NCBI GenBank assembly: GCA_003135855.1
Contig: PNBD01000040.1
Span: forward strand, 1 to 63,170
Direction: 5' to 3'
Source: Deltaproteobacteria bacterium
GTDB taxonomy: Bacteria; Desulfobacterota; Binatia; Binatales; Binataceae
DNA: 63,170 nucleotides
Shown: positions 1 to 9,870 of the stretch, in pieces
How positions within the stretch are numbered: the stretch's first letter is position 1
How the letters are laid out: each line of letters opens with the position of its first letter
Notes under the pieces: generated by a model
The model's input: only the letters and a program-made list of their open reading frames with translations
Database searches by the model: none
What the model was told of the DNA's origin: nothing
Made by a program: the position numbers and the translations under genes

Positions 1-136
1 TCCACGCCTCGTGAAAGCCGAGCTTGTCGAGCCACGCCATCAGATCGAGATCGCGCTCGAGGCACTGGGTCGGGTTCTCCTCGTTGGGATGGAACGGCGG
101 CAGAAAGATCCCGTGCCGAAGGTTGATCTCGCTCAT
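1..136 (-). CDS. LLM-class (luciferase-like) flavin/F420-dependent oxidoreductase; N-terminal fragment truncated by the window edge
   Basis: Reverse-strand ATG at 136-134. The translation MSEINLRHGIFLPPFHPNEENPTQCLERDLDLMAWLDKLGFHEAW resembles the canonical N-terminus of luciferase-like monooxygenases, which normally continues with GEHH. It is absent from the ORF track because the fragment is under 60 aa. Confidence 0.55.
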   Translation of the reverse strand, partial: MSEINLRHGIFLPPFHPNEENPTQCLERDLDLMAWLDKLGFHEAW

Positions 137-310
137 CGCGGCCTCGCATTCAAGTCGGGCGGATACGCCTTCCGCGTCGACAGTAGCGAAGTCGGCCGCG
201 GCCGCAAACATTCCCCTGCCGCATAGCCGCCGCGTTTTCGCAAATGCAGCATTGCCGCGCCGTTCATGCTAAAGCGGGATTGCAACCTGGTGCAGGAGCC
301 TGTTTTCGCC

Positions 311-1228
311 ATGAGCCTTTCCGCCGACGAATATCGCGAGCACCTTGCGACCACCGCCGTGCGCGCCGGGTTCAGCTTTGACGAAGTCGTGCTGCCGCAG
401 GGGCATTACACGCAGGTCGGCGGAATGCGGCTGCATTATCTCGATTGGGGCGGCAAGGATTTGCCGCCGATGTTGTTTCTGCACGGCGGCGCGCTGACCG
501 CGCATACCTGGGATTTGTGCTGCCTCGCATTGCGCCAGGATTTCCACTGCATCGCGCTCGATCAGCGCGGTCATGGCGACAGCGAATGGTCACCGGTCAT
601 CGACTATCGGATCGCGGCTCATCTTTGCGATATCGAGGGCTTCATCGATGCGATGGGATTGGAGCGTCCGATCCTGGTCGGGCAATCGATGGGCGGTCTC
701 AACTCAATCGCCTATGCGACACGCCATAGCGATCGGATGCGCGCGATGGTGATCGTCGATGTGGCGCCGGATATCAGCGCCTCCGGCGCGGAGCGGATTC
801 GAGACTTCGCGGCCACTCCCGAACTCGACTCGCCGCAGGCGTTCCTGGAACGCGCGGTTAAATTCAATTCGCTGCGCGATCCCGCGGTGTTGCGCCGAAG
901 CCTTCACTACAACCTGCGCGAGACGCCGGCTGGCAAATGGATGTTCAAGCACGATCAGCGGCGGCGTTCCGACGACGCGATGCGCTCGTTCAACGAGGAT
1001 CGCGCGCAGCTCGCGTCGGAAGTTTCGAAGATCAAATGTCCTACGCTGGTCGTGCGCGGAGCGCTCAGTGATGTCCTCACCGACGCCGCCGCCGAGAAGT
1101 TCGCGCGCTCGCTGCCCGATGGCCGATCCGTAACGGTCGAGAAATCGGGGCACAACGTGCAAGGCGATAATCCGCGCGCGCTCCTCGACGCGATGCGCGC
1201 GTTTTTCCGCGACGCCGGAATTTCCTGA
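311..1228 (+). CDS. alpha/beta-fold hydrolase
   Basis: ORF 266-1228. It has the oxyanion region 'FLHGGALTAHTW', the nucleophile elbow 'GQSMGG' and a C-terminal 'SGHNVQ' histidine. The internal ATG at 311 (MSLSADEY) is the preferred start. Confidence 0.8.
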   Translation: MSLSADEYREHLATTAVRAGFSFDEVVLPQGHYTQVGGMRLHYLDWGGKDLPPMLFLHGGALTAHTWDLCCLALRQDFHCIALDQRGHGDSEWSPVIDYRIAAHLCDIEGFIDAMGLERPILVGQSMGGLNSIAYATRHSDRMRAMVIVDVAPDISASGAERIRDFAATPELDSPQAFLERAVKFNSLRDPAVLRRSLHYNLRETPAGKWMFKHDQRRRSDDAMRSFNEDRAQLASEVSKIKCPTLVVRGALSDVLTDAAAEKFARSLPDGRSVTVEKSGHNVQGDNPRALLDAMRAFFRDAGIS

Positions 1229-1284
1229 AGGTTCATCAGTTTCTCTCGCTTGAACGCGGACCTCGATTTCGAGTACCGGTTAGA

Positions 1285-2601
1285 GTGATGAGCAACGGCC
1301 AAGCGAAAGGCGGACGAGCGCTCGAAGGCGTGACGGTCATCGATCTGACCTGGCTGCAGGTCGGGCCGCAGGCGACCCGGCTGCTGGCGACCTTCGGCGC
1401 GCAAGTGATTCGGATCGAATGGCGCGAGCGCAAGGCGATCGATTTCATCCGCTACACGCCGCCGTTCGCGCCCGATCACGCACGCGCCGACGGCGGTCGC
1501 AGCCAGGGCGTGACGCAGGGACACGGCACTCGCAACAATTTCGATCGCGGCGCTTACTTCAACAACACCAATCCCGGCAAGTACGGAATCACCCTCAACT
1601 TGAATCATCCGAAGGGGCGCGACCTGCTGCGGCGGATGGTGCGCGACGCCAACGCGATCTGCGAGAACTTCAGTCCCGGCCAGATGGACAAGTGGAATCT
1701 CGGCTACGAGGAACTGCGCAAGATCAATCCGCGCATCATCTATATGCAAACCACCGGCGTGGGTAAGGCGGGCGTGTACAAGGATTACGTCAGCTATGGT
1801 CCCACCGCGCAGGCCTTCTCGGGCCTGACGTTCCTGTCGGGTCTTCCTGAGCCGCATCCGCCCGCCGGGTGGGGCTATTCGTATCTCGATCATTCGCCCG
1901 GTTATTTTGGCGCGATCCTGCTGATGGCGGCGATTCGTCGCCAACGCCTGAGCGGCGCCGGATGCTACATCGATATGTCGCAGAGCGAGACGGGCCTGAT
2001 GCTGTCGGGTACCTCGGTCATCGAGCATCAGCTCACCGGCAAGCCCACCGCGCGCTACGGAAACCGGATGCCATTTCGCGATTGGTCGCCGCACGGTGCC
2101 TATCGCTGCGCCGGCGACGACAACTGGATTGCGCTTTCGATTCAATCCGATGAGCAGTGGCGCGCGCTGATCGAGGAGATGAGTTCTGTGGAGTGGGCGC
2201 TCGATCGGCGTTTCGCGAGCGCGGCCGGACGCAAACAAAACGAAGACGAACTCGACGAGAACCTCACCACCTTCACTATCGGACGCGACCGCTACGATCT
2301 GATGAATCGTTTGCAGGCTCGCGGGATTCCTGCTGGCGTCGTGCAGAAGGCGCCGGATCGGTTCGACCTCGATCCTCAGCTGAGGGCGCGCGGCTACTAC
2401 GTCGATCTGCCGCACAGCGAAATCGGGACTTGGCCCGTCGAAGGATTCCCGGCCAAGCTTTCACGATCGCCCGCCAGCGTCGGCGGACCAACAGGCCGCG
2501 CCGCTCCCAAGCTGGGCGAGGACAACGACTTCGTTTACGGCAAGCTGGTCGGCCTCAGCGCAGCTGAGATGGCGTCGCTCGCTGAGGACGGTGTGATTTG
2601 A
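1285..2601 (+). CDS. family III CoA-transferase (CaiB/BaiF type)
   Basis: 438-aa ORF. The N-terminus 'LEGVTVIDLTWLQVGPQATRLLATFGAQVIRIE' is the typical CaiB/BaiF Rossmann start, and the length is typical for the family. Confidence 0.85.
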   Translation: MMSNGQAKGGRALEGVTVIDLTWLQVGPQATRLLATFGAQVIRIEWRERKAIDFIRYTPPFAPDHARADGGRSQGVTQGHGTRNNFDRGAYFNNTNPGKYGITLNLNHPKGRDLLRRMVRDANAICENFSPGQMDKWNLGYEELRKINPRIIYMQTTGVGKAGVYKDYVSYGPTAQAFSGLTFLSGLPEPHPPAGWGYSYLDHSPGYFGAILLMAAIRRQRLSGAGCYIDMSQSETGLMLSGTSVIEHQLTGKPTARYGNRMPFRDWSPHGAYRCAGDDNWIALSIQSDEQWRALIEEMSSVEWALDRRFASAAGRKQNEDELDENLTTFTIGRDRYDLMNRLQARGIPAGVVQKAPDRFDLDPQLRARGYYVDLPHSEIGTWPVEGFPAKLSRSPASVGGPTGRAAPKLGEDNDFVYGKLVGLSAAEMASLAEDGVI

Positions 2602-3872
2602 GCGATCTAAATCACAACGGCAACCTCGGCTCGTCGCTCGCCAATTTCACGATTCTGGAAATCGGCAACCAGTTGGGCGACTACGCGGCACTGCTGCTCG
2701 CGGGACTCGGCGCCGAGGTCATCAAACTTGAACCGCGCGACGGTGCGGAGTCCCGCCGCATCGGCCCATTCGCGACCGTTTCGAACGACAGCGAGCAGAG
2801 TATTTTTTTCTGGCGCTATAACCTCAACAAGAAGAGCGTCACGCTGGACGTAGATCACGCCGACGCGCAGCCGGTGCTCGCCGCGCTCGCTGCCAAAGCC
2901 GATATAGTCCTGCTCTCAGGCGAGTTCGAGACCGTCGAACGCCGCCTGCCGCTATGGCGCAAAATCGCCGAAGATAACCCGCGCTTGATCGTATGCACCA
3001 TCACGCCATTCGGACTCGACGGTCCGTATCGCGCCCTCAAAGCAACCGACCTCGTGCAGATGGCGCTCGGCGGAATCATGGCCGTGTGCGGTTACGATCC
3101 CGCTGATGATGGAGTTTACGATACTCCGCCGATCGCGCCAGCGATGTGGCATTCGTATCACCTCGGCGGTGAATACGCGGCGATTGCGATGATGGCGGCG
3201 ATCAACTTCCGCGAACTCAGCGGCGAGGGCCAGTTCATCGACGTCTCGGTGCACGAGGCGGTTAACACCTGTACCGAGGTCGCGATCCCGACTTACGTCT
3301 ACAGCGGGCAAGTCGTGAAGCGGCAGACTGCGCGTCACGCCGCGCCCAGCGTCACGCACGTGCGCCTCTCGCAGAGTGCCGACGGTGTTTTCATGCTCGC
3401 CGGTCTCAGTCCCTTCGAACGCGAGATGCGCGCGCTCGCGGAGCTTGCCGATCAGGTGGGAATCGGGCACGTGCTCGGAACTCCGGAATTCGCGCAACTC
3501 GAAAAAGAGGACCGCGTCGCGGCCGCGATCTATCGCAACGACTTGCTCGAAGAGGTTGTCGGCAGCCGTTCGGCGGATGAGATCTTCAAGCGCGCGCAGT
3601 CGGTCGGCCTCGCGTGGTCGCCGATTCGGCGTCCCGAAGAGAATCTCGACGATCCGCATTTCGCTGCGCGCGGAAGCTTCGCGACGATCAATCATCCCGA
3701 GTTGGGACGGGATTTGCGCTACCCCGGCACCGTCGCGAGCGACGGGCAGTCGCCGCACTTTTCCTACACTCGCCGCGCCCCGCGATTGGGCGAGCACACC
3801 GACGAAGTGCTTCTCCGCGCCGGCGTGAGCGATACGACGCTCGCCTCCCTCCGAAAAACCAACGTGATCTGA
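2598..3872 (+). CDS. family III CoA-transferase (CaiB/BaiF type), second paralog
   Basis: 424-aa ORF. The N-terminus 'LANFTILEIGNQLGDYAALLLAGLGAEVIKLEP' fits the family. A TTG start overlaps the upstream stop (TTGA), suggesting translational coupling. Confidence 0.8.
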   Translation: MSDLNHNGNLGSSLANFTILEIGNQLGDYAALLLAGLGAEVIKLEPRDGAESRRIGPFATVSNDSEQSIFFWRYNLNKKSVTLDVDHADAQPVLAALAAKADIVLLSGEFETVERRLPLWRKIAEDNPRLIVCTITPFGLDGPYRALKATDLVQMALGGIMAVCGYDPADDGVYDTPPIAPAMWHSYHLGGEYAAIAMMAAINFRELSGEGQFIDVSVHEAVNTCTEVAIPTYVYSGQVVKRQTARHAAPSVTHVRLSQSADGVFMLAGLSPFEREMRALAELADQVGIGHVLGTPEFAQLEKEDRVAAAIYRNDLLEEVVGSRSADEIFKRAQSVGLAWSPIRRPEENLDDPHFAARGSFATINHPELGRDLRYPGTVASDGQSPHFSYTRRAPRLGEHTDEVLLRAGVSDTTLASLRKTNVI

Positions 3873-3890
3873 CGCGCCTCGTGAGCGCGA

Positions 3891-4382
3891 CTACTCGCTG
3901 AACTTCCAGGTATTCTCCGCGCTCCCACTAACGCGCCAGCGCGGCATCACGATCTTCGGGTCATTGGTCGCCTCGAATAGCACCTCACACGGCAGCCCGA
4001 TCGCGACTTCCGTCTCGTCGTTCGTCAGCACGCCCGCGACGCGCGTGACGCTGCCATCTTCTTCCTTGCAATCATCCAGCTCGATCACCGCGACGACATA
4101 AGGCACCGCGCCGACGAATGCACCGACGATCGGCTGCACCACGACCACGTAGCTATGGATCACACCTTTGCCCGCGGTCTCGAACCATCCAATTTCCATC
4201 GACATGCATTTGCTGCACGCGGGAATGTTCGGCGGAAACCATTTGTGACCGCATCGATTGCATCGGCGCACCAGATACTTATGTTGGCGCGTCGCATCCC
4301 ACCATTCGCGCGTGTCGGGATCGGGAATGATGCGGAGTTTCGAATAGTCAATTGTCACCGGCATAAGATGAATCCCTTTCAC
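3891..4382 (-). CDS. DUF35 OB-fold / zinc-ribbon protein (thiolase partner)
   Basis: 163 aa. It has a rubredoxin-like 'CNRCGHKWFPPNIPACSKC' followed by an OB-fold-like C-terminus. It lies immediately downstream of the thiolase-like gene with a 1-nt gap. Confidence 0.8.
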   Translation of the reverse strand: MKGIHLMPVTIDYSKLRIIPDPDTREWWDATRQHKYLVRRCNRCGHKWFPPNIPACSKCMSMEIGWFETAGKGVIHSYVVVVQPIVGAFVGAVPYVVAVIELDDCKEEDGSVTRVAGVLTNDETEVAIGLPCEVLFEATNDPKIVMPRWRVSGSAENTWKFSE

Positions 4383-4383
4383 T

Positions 4384-5613
4384 TCACGCGGCGATGCCGC
4401 GCAGGATGAGACAGCTCGCCATGTTCTCCCAACCCCACGCCATCCCGCAGCAGATTCGCGCGTTCTTGACCTGACGGCATCCTTTGCTGCGATCGTAGGT
4501 ATGGCGGCCTTCGCGCCATTCGGGGCAGGCGTCGTCGGCGCGATGGCGCAACTGGCGCACGTTTTCGATCACCATCTGCACGCCATGCGTATAGCCTTCC
4601 GACAGATGCCCACCTGAAAGATTGCTTGGCAGTTCGTGATCGATTTGGAGCCGTCCTCCCTTGACGAATTCGCCCGCCTCGCCAGGTCCGCAAAAGCCGT
4701 TGGCCTCGAGCTGGATCAGCGTGGTGAAAGTGAATGCGTCGTAGCAAGAGACGAAGTCGACGTCGCTATGACTGATGCCGGCCATGCCGAACGCGCGCTT
4801 CCATCCGTAGTTGCCGGCGACGTAATGCAGCACCGGGCGTGAGTAGTTCCACTGCGGAGCCTCGGTCATCGTTCGCGCGTAGCCACCCATGATGAAGACC
4901 GGCGGATGGCGCAGATCGTAGGCGCGCTCGCGCGAGGTCACGATGATCGCGGCCGCGACGTCGGTCTCCTGGCAGCAGTCGAGCAAGCGAAAAGGTTTGA
5001 CGACCCATCGCGAGCGCTGATGATCGTCGATCGTGATTGGCGAGCGAAGTCTCGCCTTCGGGTTGAGGCTCGCATGGTAGCGATGCGCCACGGCGATCTC
5101 CGCGAACGCCTTGGTGGTGCATCCGGTATCGCGCAGATAGCGCATCGCCGACATGCCGAAGCGCTGCGCCGGCGTCGTCCATCCCCATCCCATGTTGAAC
5201 TGGTTGTCGTCCATGGCGGTCGCGACTGGAATCGGTCCGCCGGGAATCTGTCCGCCCATCCTGCGCCCCGAGCGCCCGTTCATCGACCGGAAGCACACGA
5301 TCGTTTTCGCATAGCCCGCTTCGATCAGTCCTATCGCGTGCGCGACCAGTGCCTCGGTGCTCGAACCGCCGCCGAAAATATCGAGGCAGTAGTTGAGCCG
5401 CAGCCCGAGCGCGGTCGCGACATGCGCCGACGATGTCGAATCGGCCACCTGATAACTGGTCATCCCGTCGATGTCCGACGCCGCGAGCCCCGCGTCCATC
5501 ATCGCCTTGGTGACCGCCTCGCACGCCATTGACAGCGTGGTGCGGTTCGAGGGCCGCATCTGCGGCGTCTCGCCTACTCCTACGATGCAATATTTATCCG
5601 TGAGTGCGCCCAT
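4384..5613 (-). CDS. thiolase-like protein (SCP-x / lipid-transfer type)
   Basis: 409 aa with a thiolase-fold pattern ('YCIVGVGETPQ', 'GGHLSEGYTHGV'). Pairing with a DUF35 gene is the classical arrangement for this group. Confidence 0.8.
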   Translation of the reverse strand: MGALTDKYCIVGVGETPQMRPSNRTTLSMACEAVTKAMMDAGLAASDIDGMTSYQVADSTSSAHVATALGLRLNYCLDIFGGGSSTEALVAHAIGLIEAGYAKTIVCFRSMNGRSGRRMGGQIPGGPIPVATAMDDNQFNMGWGWTTPAQRFGMSAMRYLRDTGCTTKAFAEIAVAHRYHASLNPKARLRSPITIDDHQRSRWVVKPFRLLDCCQETDVAAAIIVTSRERAYDLRHPPVFIMGGYARTMTEAPQWNYSRPVLHYVAGNYGWKRAFGMAGISHSDVDFVSCYDAFTFTTLIQLEANGFCGPGEAGEFVKGGRLQIDHELPSNLSGGHLSEGYTHGVQMVIENVRQLRHRADDACPEWREGRHTYDRSKGCRQVKNARICCGMAWGWENMASCLILRGIAA

Positions 5614-5644
5614 CGTTCTTCTCAGCTCAATCCTTTTCTTCTTC

Positions 5645-6511
5645 TTATAGCTTCGCGGCGCGCTCGACTATCGATCCCAGTCCGCGCACCACCTTGACGC
5701 CGTCGTCCGACACCGCCGATGCGGCGACGATCAGCCGGCTCACGCCCGCCTCTTCGTATTGCTTCATCACGTCGGCGCTCGGCCCGTCGCCTCCCGTCAG
5801 CAGCACCGAGAACTCGAGCTTGTTGGGATCGCGGCCGAATTCCTTGGCCATCGCTTTGATTTGCGGGATACACTCGCGCGCCTTCTCGACGCTAAGACCG
5901 CCGGGGCACCATCCGTCGCCGTAGCGTGCAACCCTCTTGAGCGCGTACTTGGGATCGTGCGCGCCGAGCCAGATCGGCGGCCCCGGTTTCTGCACCGGCT
6001 TGGGACCGAGCTTCACCGGCGGGAACTTCACGATCTCGCCGGCGTAGCTGACATCGTCGCCGCTCCATAGCATGCGCAACGCCTCGACCGATTCGCGCAG
6101 ATGCTGCCAGCGCCGCGCGAAATCGACGCCCATAACTTGCGCTTCTTCGCGGAACCATCCGGCGCCGACGCCCAAAATGAGCCGTCCCTTCGAGTAGAGA
6201 TCGATCGAGGCCGTCACCTTGGCCGTCTCGATCACATTGCGCTGCGGCAGCAGGCAGATCGCCGTGCCGATTTTGATCCGCGTCGTCGCATCGGCCGCGA
6301 TCGCCAGCGCGACGAAAGGATCGATCAGGCGCGCATAGAACTCGGGAACTTTTCCGTCGCGCGATCGCGGATAGTGCGTCGTGTAACTGCTCGGCACCAC
6401 CATGTGTTCCGCGACGAAGAACGATTCGAAGCCGAGGTTCTCGACCTCGCGCGCGATTGCACCCGGATTTCCTGATTGCTCGGTGAGAAATACCAATGCG
6501 CCAATTTTCAT
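5645..6511 (-). CDS. LLM-class oxidoreductase, probably F420-dependent
   Basis: 288 aa. It has 'MKIGALVFLTEQSGNPGAIAREVENLGFESFFVAEH' and 'RLILGVGAGW', which are typical luciferase-like TIM-barrel signatures. The size fits the F420-dependent subgroup. Confidence 0.75.
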   Translation of the reverse strand: MKIGALVFLTEQSGNPGAIAREVENLGFESFFVAEHMVVPSSYTTHYPRSRDGKVPEFYARLIDPFVALAIAADATTRIKIGTAICLLPQRNVIETAKVTASIDLYSKGRLILGVGAGWFREEAQVMGVDFARRWQHLRESVEALRMLWSGDDVSYAGEIVKFPPVKLGPKPVQKPGPPIWLGAHDPKYALKRVARYGDGWCPGGLSVEKARECIPQIKAMAKEFGRDPNKLEFSVLLTGGDGPSADVMKQYEEAGVSRLIVAASAVSDDGVKVVRGLGSIVERAAKL

Positions 6512-6645
6512 CGATGTCTCCCTCGCCTCTGGCGTTTAAGTGAGTGCCACCTTAGCACCGAATCGTGCCTGACAGGTCGTGCCGCGAACTTCTCGACGAC
6601 GGCATCAAAGCGCTAGTATCCCGCAAAGCATTGCGGAGACGAAAA

Positions 6646-7662
6646 ATGGCACTACCCGCATCGAGCCGCTTCCAGTTCGCGCCCGATCTCAACATATGCC
6701 GTGTCCTGAACGGCATGTGGCAAGTCTCCGGCGCGCATGGCCGCATCGATCCCGCACGCGCCGTCGCTGAGATGTTTGCCTATCACGACGCCGGGTTCAC
6801 CACCTGGGATCTCGCCGATCACTACGGCCCCGCCGAGGATTTCGTCGGAGAGTTCCGGCGCGAGTTCGCTGCGCGCCAAGGCGCAGAGCGCCTCTCCGAG
6901 CTCCAGGCCTTCACCAAGTGGGTTCCGCGGCCGGGCCGGATCACGCGGCGCATGGTCGAGGACGCGATCGGACGCTCGCTCTCACGCATGGGCGTCGAGC
7001 GTCTCGACCTGCTGCAATTTCACTGGTGGGACTACGGCGACGCGAGCTATCTCGATGCGCTCAAACATCTCGCCGATTTGCAGCACGAGGGCAAGATTCG
7101 TCATCTCGCACTCACCAACTTCGACACCGAGCGCCTGCGCATCATCACCGAGCATGGCATCCGCATCGTATCGAACCAGGTGCAGTACTCGCTCGTCGAT
7201 CGCCGGCCCGAGGCTGCGATGACGGCATTCTGCCGCGATCACGGAATCACGCTGCTCACCTATGGCACTGTCCTCGGCGGATTGCTGTCGGAGAAATTTC
7301 TCGGCCGGCCTAAGCCGCACCACGGCGAGCTCAACACCGCGTCGCTGCAGAAATACAGCAACATGATCGATGTGTGGGGCGGATGGGCGCTGTTCCAGGA
7401 TCTGCTCGGCGTTCTGAAACCGATTGCTGACAAGCACCAGGTGAGTATCGCCAATGTTGGCGTTCGCTACATCCTCGATCGTCCGGCGGTGGCGGGCGTG
7501 ATCGTGGGCGCACGGCTCGGGGTCGCTCAGCATATCGCTGACAATGCGCGCGTGTTTGGCTTCGTGCTCGACGCCGATGATCGCACCGCCATCGATACGG
7601 TCCTCGCGAAATCGCGCGACCTGATCAAAGCGATCGGCGATTGCGGCGACGAATATCGCTAG
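6646..7662 (+). CDS. aldo/keto reductase
   Basis: ORF 6565-7662. The start is set at ATG 6646, preceded by GGAG. The AKR pattern includes 'WDLADHYG', 'LDLLQFHW' and 'IRHLALTNF'. Confidence 0.8.
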   Translation: MALPASSRFQFAPDLNICRVLNGMWQVSGAHGRIDPARAVAEMFAYHDAGFTTWDLADHYGPAEDFVGEFRREFAARQGAERLSELQAFTKWVPRPGRITRRMVEDAIGRSLSRMGVERLDLLQFHWWDYGDASYLDALKHLADLQHEGKIRHLALTNFDTERLRIITEHGIRIVSNQVQYSLVDRRPEAAMTAFCRDHGITLLTYGTVLGGLLSEKFLGRPKPHHGELNTASLQKYSNMIDVWGGWALFQDLLGVLKPIADKHQVSIANVGVRYILDRPAVAGVIVGARLGVAQHIADNARVFGFVLDADDRTAIDTVLAKSRDLIKAIGDCGDEYR

Positions 7663-7742
7663 TCGCGATCATTGTCGGCGACTTTCAAATTGAGAACGCC
7701 CCTGCTATCGAACGGAAATCTACGCGTGGAGGCTATGCATCA

Positions 7743-8492
7743 ATGGATCGTCTGAAGGGCAAGGTGGCGTTGATTTCCGGTGGCGCGCGAGGGCAGGGCG
7801 CTGCTGAGGCGCGGTTGTTCGTAAATGAGGGGGCGAAGGTTGTCGTCGGCGACGTGCTCGACGAACAGGCCTCCGCGCTCGCGCGCGAGATCAATGTGAG
7901 CGGCCGCGCTGTGATCGCGGTCCATCTGGACGTGACCCGCGCAGGCGACTGGCGGAGTGCGGTCGCCGTGTGTGAGCGGGAATTCGGCGGCCTCGACGTC
8001 CTCGTTAACAATGCCGGCATCTTCAACACCTCGGGCCTCGAGGACACCAGCGAAGAACTCTGGGACGCCATCGTCAGCATCAATCAGAAGGGCGTTTGGC
8101 TCGGTATGAAGGAGTGCATCGCCGCGATGCGTCGTCGGGGCAGTGGCTCGATCGTGAACATTTCCTCGGTCGCGGGACTCACCGGTTCCACCGGCTCGAC
8201 TGCCTATCATGGGACCAAGGGAGCGGTGCGTCTGCTGACCAAGGCCGCGGCGGTTCAATACGCGGGCGCTCGCATCCGCGTCAACTCGGTCCATCCGGGC
8301 CTCATCGGGACGCAGATGATCGACATCATTCCCAAAGAGCAACGCGAATGGTACGTCAAAAATGCCGTGCCGATGGGCCGCGAGGGCACGCCCGAGGAAG
8401 TCGCCAACCTCGTGCTCTTCCTGGCCAGCGATGACGCCTCCTATGTCACCGGTGCGGAGTTCGTCGTCGACGGCGGCATGACCGCAACCTGA
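7743..8492 (+). CDS. SDR-family oxidoreductase (hydroxysteroid dehydrogenase-like)
   Basis: ORF 7641-8492 with the start at ATG 7743. It has the cofactor motif 'ISGGARGQG', 'NNAG' and the catalytic 'YHGTKGA' (YxxxK). Confidence 0.85.
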   Translation: MDRLKGKVALISGGARGQGAAEARLFVNEGAKVVVGDVLDEQASALAREINVSGRAVIAVHLDVTRAGDWRSAVAVCEREFGGLDVLVNNAGIFNTSGLEDTSEELWDAIVSINQKGVWLGMKECIAAMRRRGSGSIVNISSVAGLTGSTGSTAYHGTKGAVRLLTKAAAVQYAGARIRVNSVHPGLIGTQMIDIIPKEQREWYVKNAVPMGREGTPEEVANLVLFLASDDASYVTGAEFVVDGGMTAT

Positions 8493-8554
8493 CTAGGACT
8501 CCGCCCTTATCGCGCGAGATTTCGATACGCATCCCCGCGTCGCGCGATGAGCCT

Positions 8555-9694
8555 TCATCGGAGTCCGCGAAAGCAGGCGCGAACCTCACGCACGAACGTC
8601 TCCGGCTGCTCGAACGCCGCGAAGTGTCCGCCCTTGGCGAGCTCGTTGAAATAAACGACCTTGGCGAAACGCTTCTCGGCCCAGCGTCGCGAGGTGCGGA
8701 AAATTTCCTTGGGGAAAATCGAGCAGCCCACCGGAATCGTCACCGGATCCATCGGCGGCGAGCGAAAGCTCTCCCAGTACAAACGTGCCGATGACGCTGC
8801 GTTGGCCGGCAACCAATACAGCATCACGTTGTCGAGCAATTCGTCGCGGCCAAGAACGTTTTCCGGATGACCGTCGCAATCTGTCCATGACCAGAACTTC
8901 TCCAGTATCCATGCGAGTTGCCCGGCGGGCGAATCAGTGAGCCCATAGCCCACGGTCTGGGGCCGTGTGCTCTGCTGCTTGGAGTAGCCCGAGTCCCAAT
9001 CATTGTAGTGCTGCATTCCTGCGATCGATGCCTTTTCCTTTTCCGTCATATCGTCGCGAGTCGCGGGATCGGGCAACGCGATCGGCATGTTCAGGTGGAT
9101 GCCGATGCAGTTGGCGGGGTCCTGGATGCCGATACAGGTAGTCACCATTGCGCCCCAATCTCCGCCTTGAGCGGCGTAACGTTTGTAGCCGAGACGCGGC
9201 ATCAGCTCCGACCATGCTCGCGCGATGCGCTGGACGTTCCAGCCGGCACGCGCCGGTTTATCCGAGAACCCATAGCCCGGAAGCGACGGGCATACGACGT
9301 GGAACGCGTCTGCGGCTTCGCCACCAAATGCGGTGGGATTCGTAAGGGGCTCGATCACTTTTTGAAACTCGACGATCGAACCCGGCCACCCATGCGTCAT
9401 CACCAGCGGCAGCGCGCCTGGCTCCGGGGAGCGCACATGCAGGAAGTGTATGCCGATCCCGTCGATGTCCGTCTTGAACTGGGCGAAGCGGTTGAGGCGC
9501 GCCTCTCGTTCTCGCCAATCATACTTTTCGAGCCAATACGCGCAGACTTCCTTCGCATAGGCCAGTGGCAACCCCTGCGACCAGTCATCGACGCACTCTC
9601 GCTCCGGCCATCGTGTCGCGCGCAGGCGGCGCTTCAAGTCATCGAGCTCGGCGTCGGTCGCTGCGATGCGGAAAGGCGCAATATTGTTACTCAT
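8555..9694 (-). CDS. epoxide hydrolase (microsomal type, EH N-terminal domain plus alpha/beta fold)
   Basis: ORF 8555-9847. The preferred start is ATG 9694, with GGAGG 11 nt upstream. It has the N-terminal 'PFRIAATDAELDDLKRRLRATRWPE' and the 'THGWPGS' motif. Confidence 0.8.
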   Translation of the reverse strand: MSNNIAPFRIAATDAELDDLKRRLRATRWPERECVDDWSQGLPLAYAKEVCAYWLEKYDWREREARLNRFAQFKTDIDGIGIHFLHVRSPEPGALPLVMTHGWPGSIVEFQKVIEPLTNPTAFGGEAADAFHVVCPSLPGYGFSDKPARAGWNVQRIARAWSELMPRLGYKRYAAQGGDWGAMVTTCIGIQDPANCIGIHLNMPIALPDPATRDDMTEKEKASIAGMQHYNDWDSGYSKQQSTRPQTVGYGLTDSPAGQLAWILEKFWSWTDCDGHPENVLGRDELLDNVMLYWLPANAASSARLYWESFRSPPMDPVTIPVGCSIFPKEIFRTSRRWAEKRFAKVVYFNELAKGGHFAAFEQPETFVREVRACFRGLR

Positions 9695-9825
9695 CGGCTT
9701 CGATACCTCCGAAACGATCTGACCGGACTCCACCGGATCTGTCGCCCAACGATTTTTCTGTGTCAAGGCGATTTTGAAGTTCGCGCCCGGCGCGTTCCCT
9801 GGATCGAGCCAAAGAAAATTCGTAT

Positions 9826-9862
9826 TCAATCGATTGACTTGATTCATCCGATTGAATTAGAT
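9826..9862. promoter_or_regulatory. candidate TetR operator overlapping a sigma70-like promoter
   Basis: A perfect 12-bp palindrome TCAATCGATTGA lies at 9826-9837, with a further half-site CGATTGA at 9849-9855. TTGACT (9834-9839), a 17-nt spacer and TTAGAT (9857-9862) end 8 nt before the TetR ATG at 9871. Confidence 0.4.
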
Positions 9863-9870
9863 CCTTTCTT

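Noticed and set aside
955-2415. 486-aa minus-strand ORF, among the longest in the track
   Set aside because: It is antisense to two genes with clear family motifs (an alpha/beta hydrolase and a CaiB-type CoA-transferase). It is Arg/Ala/Gly/Pro-rich with no recognisable motif. This is the typical shadow ORF of high-GC coding DNA.
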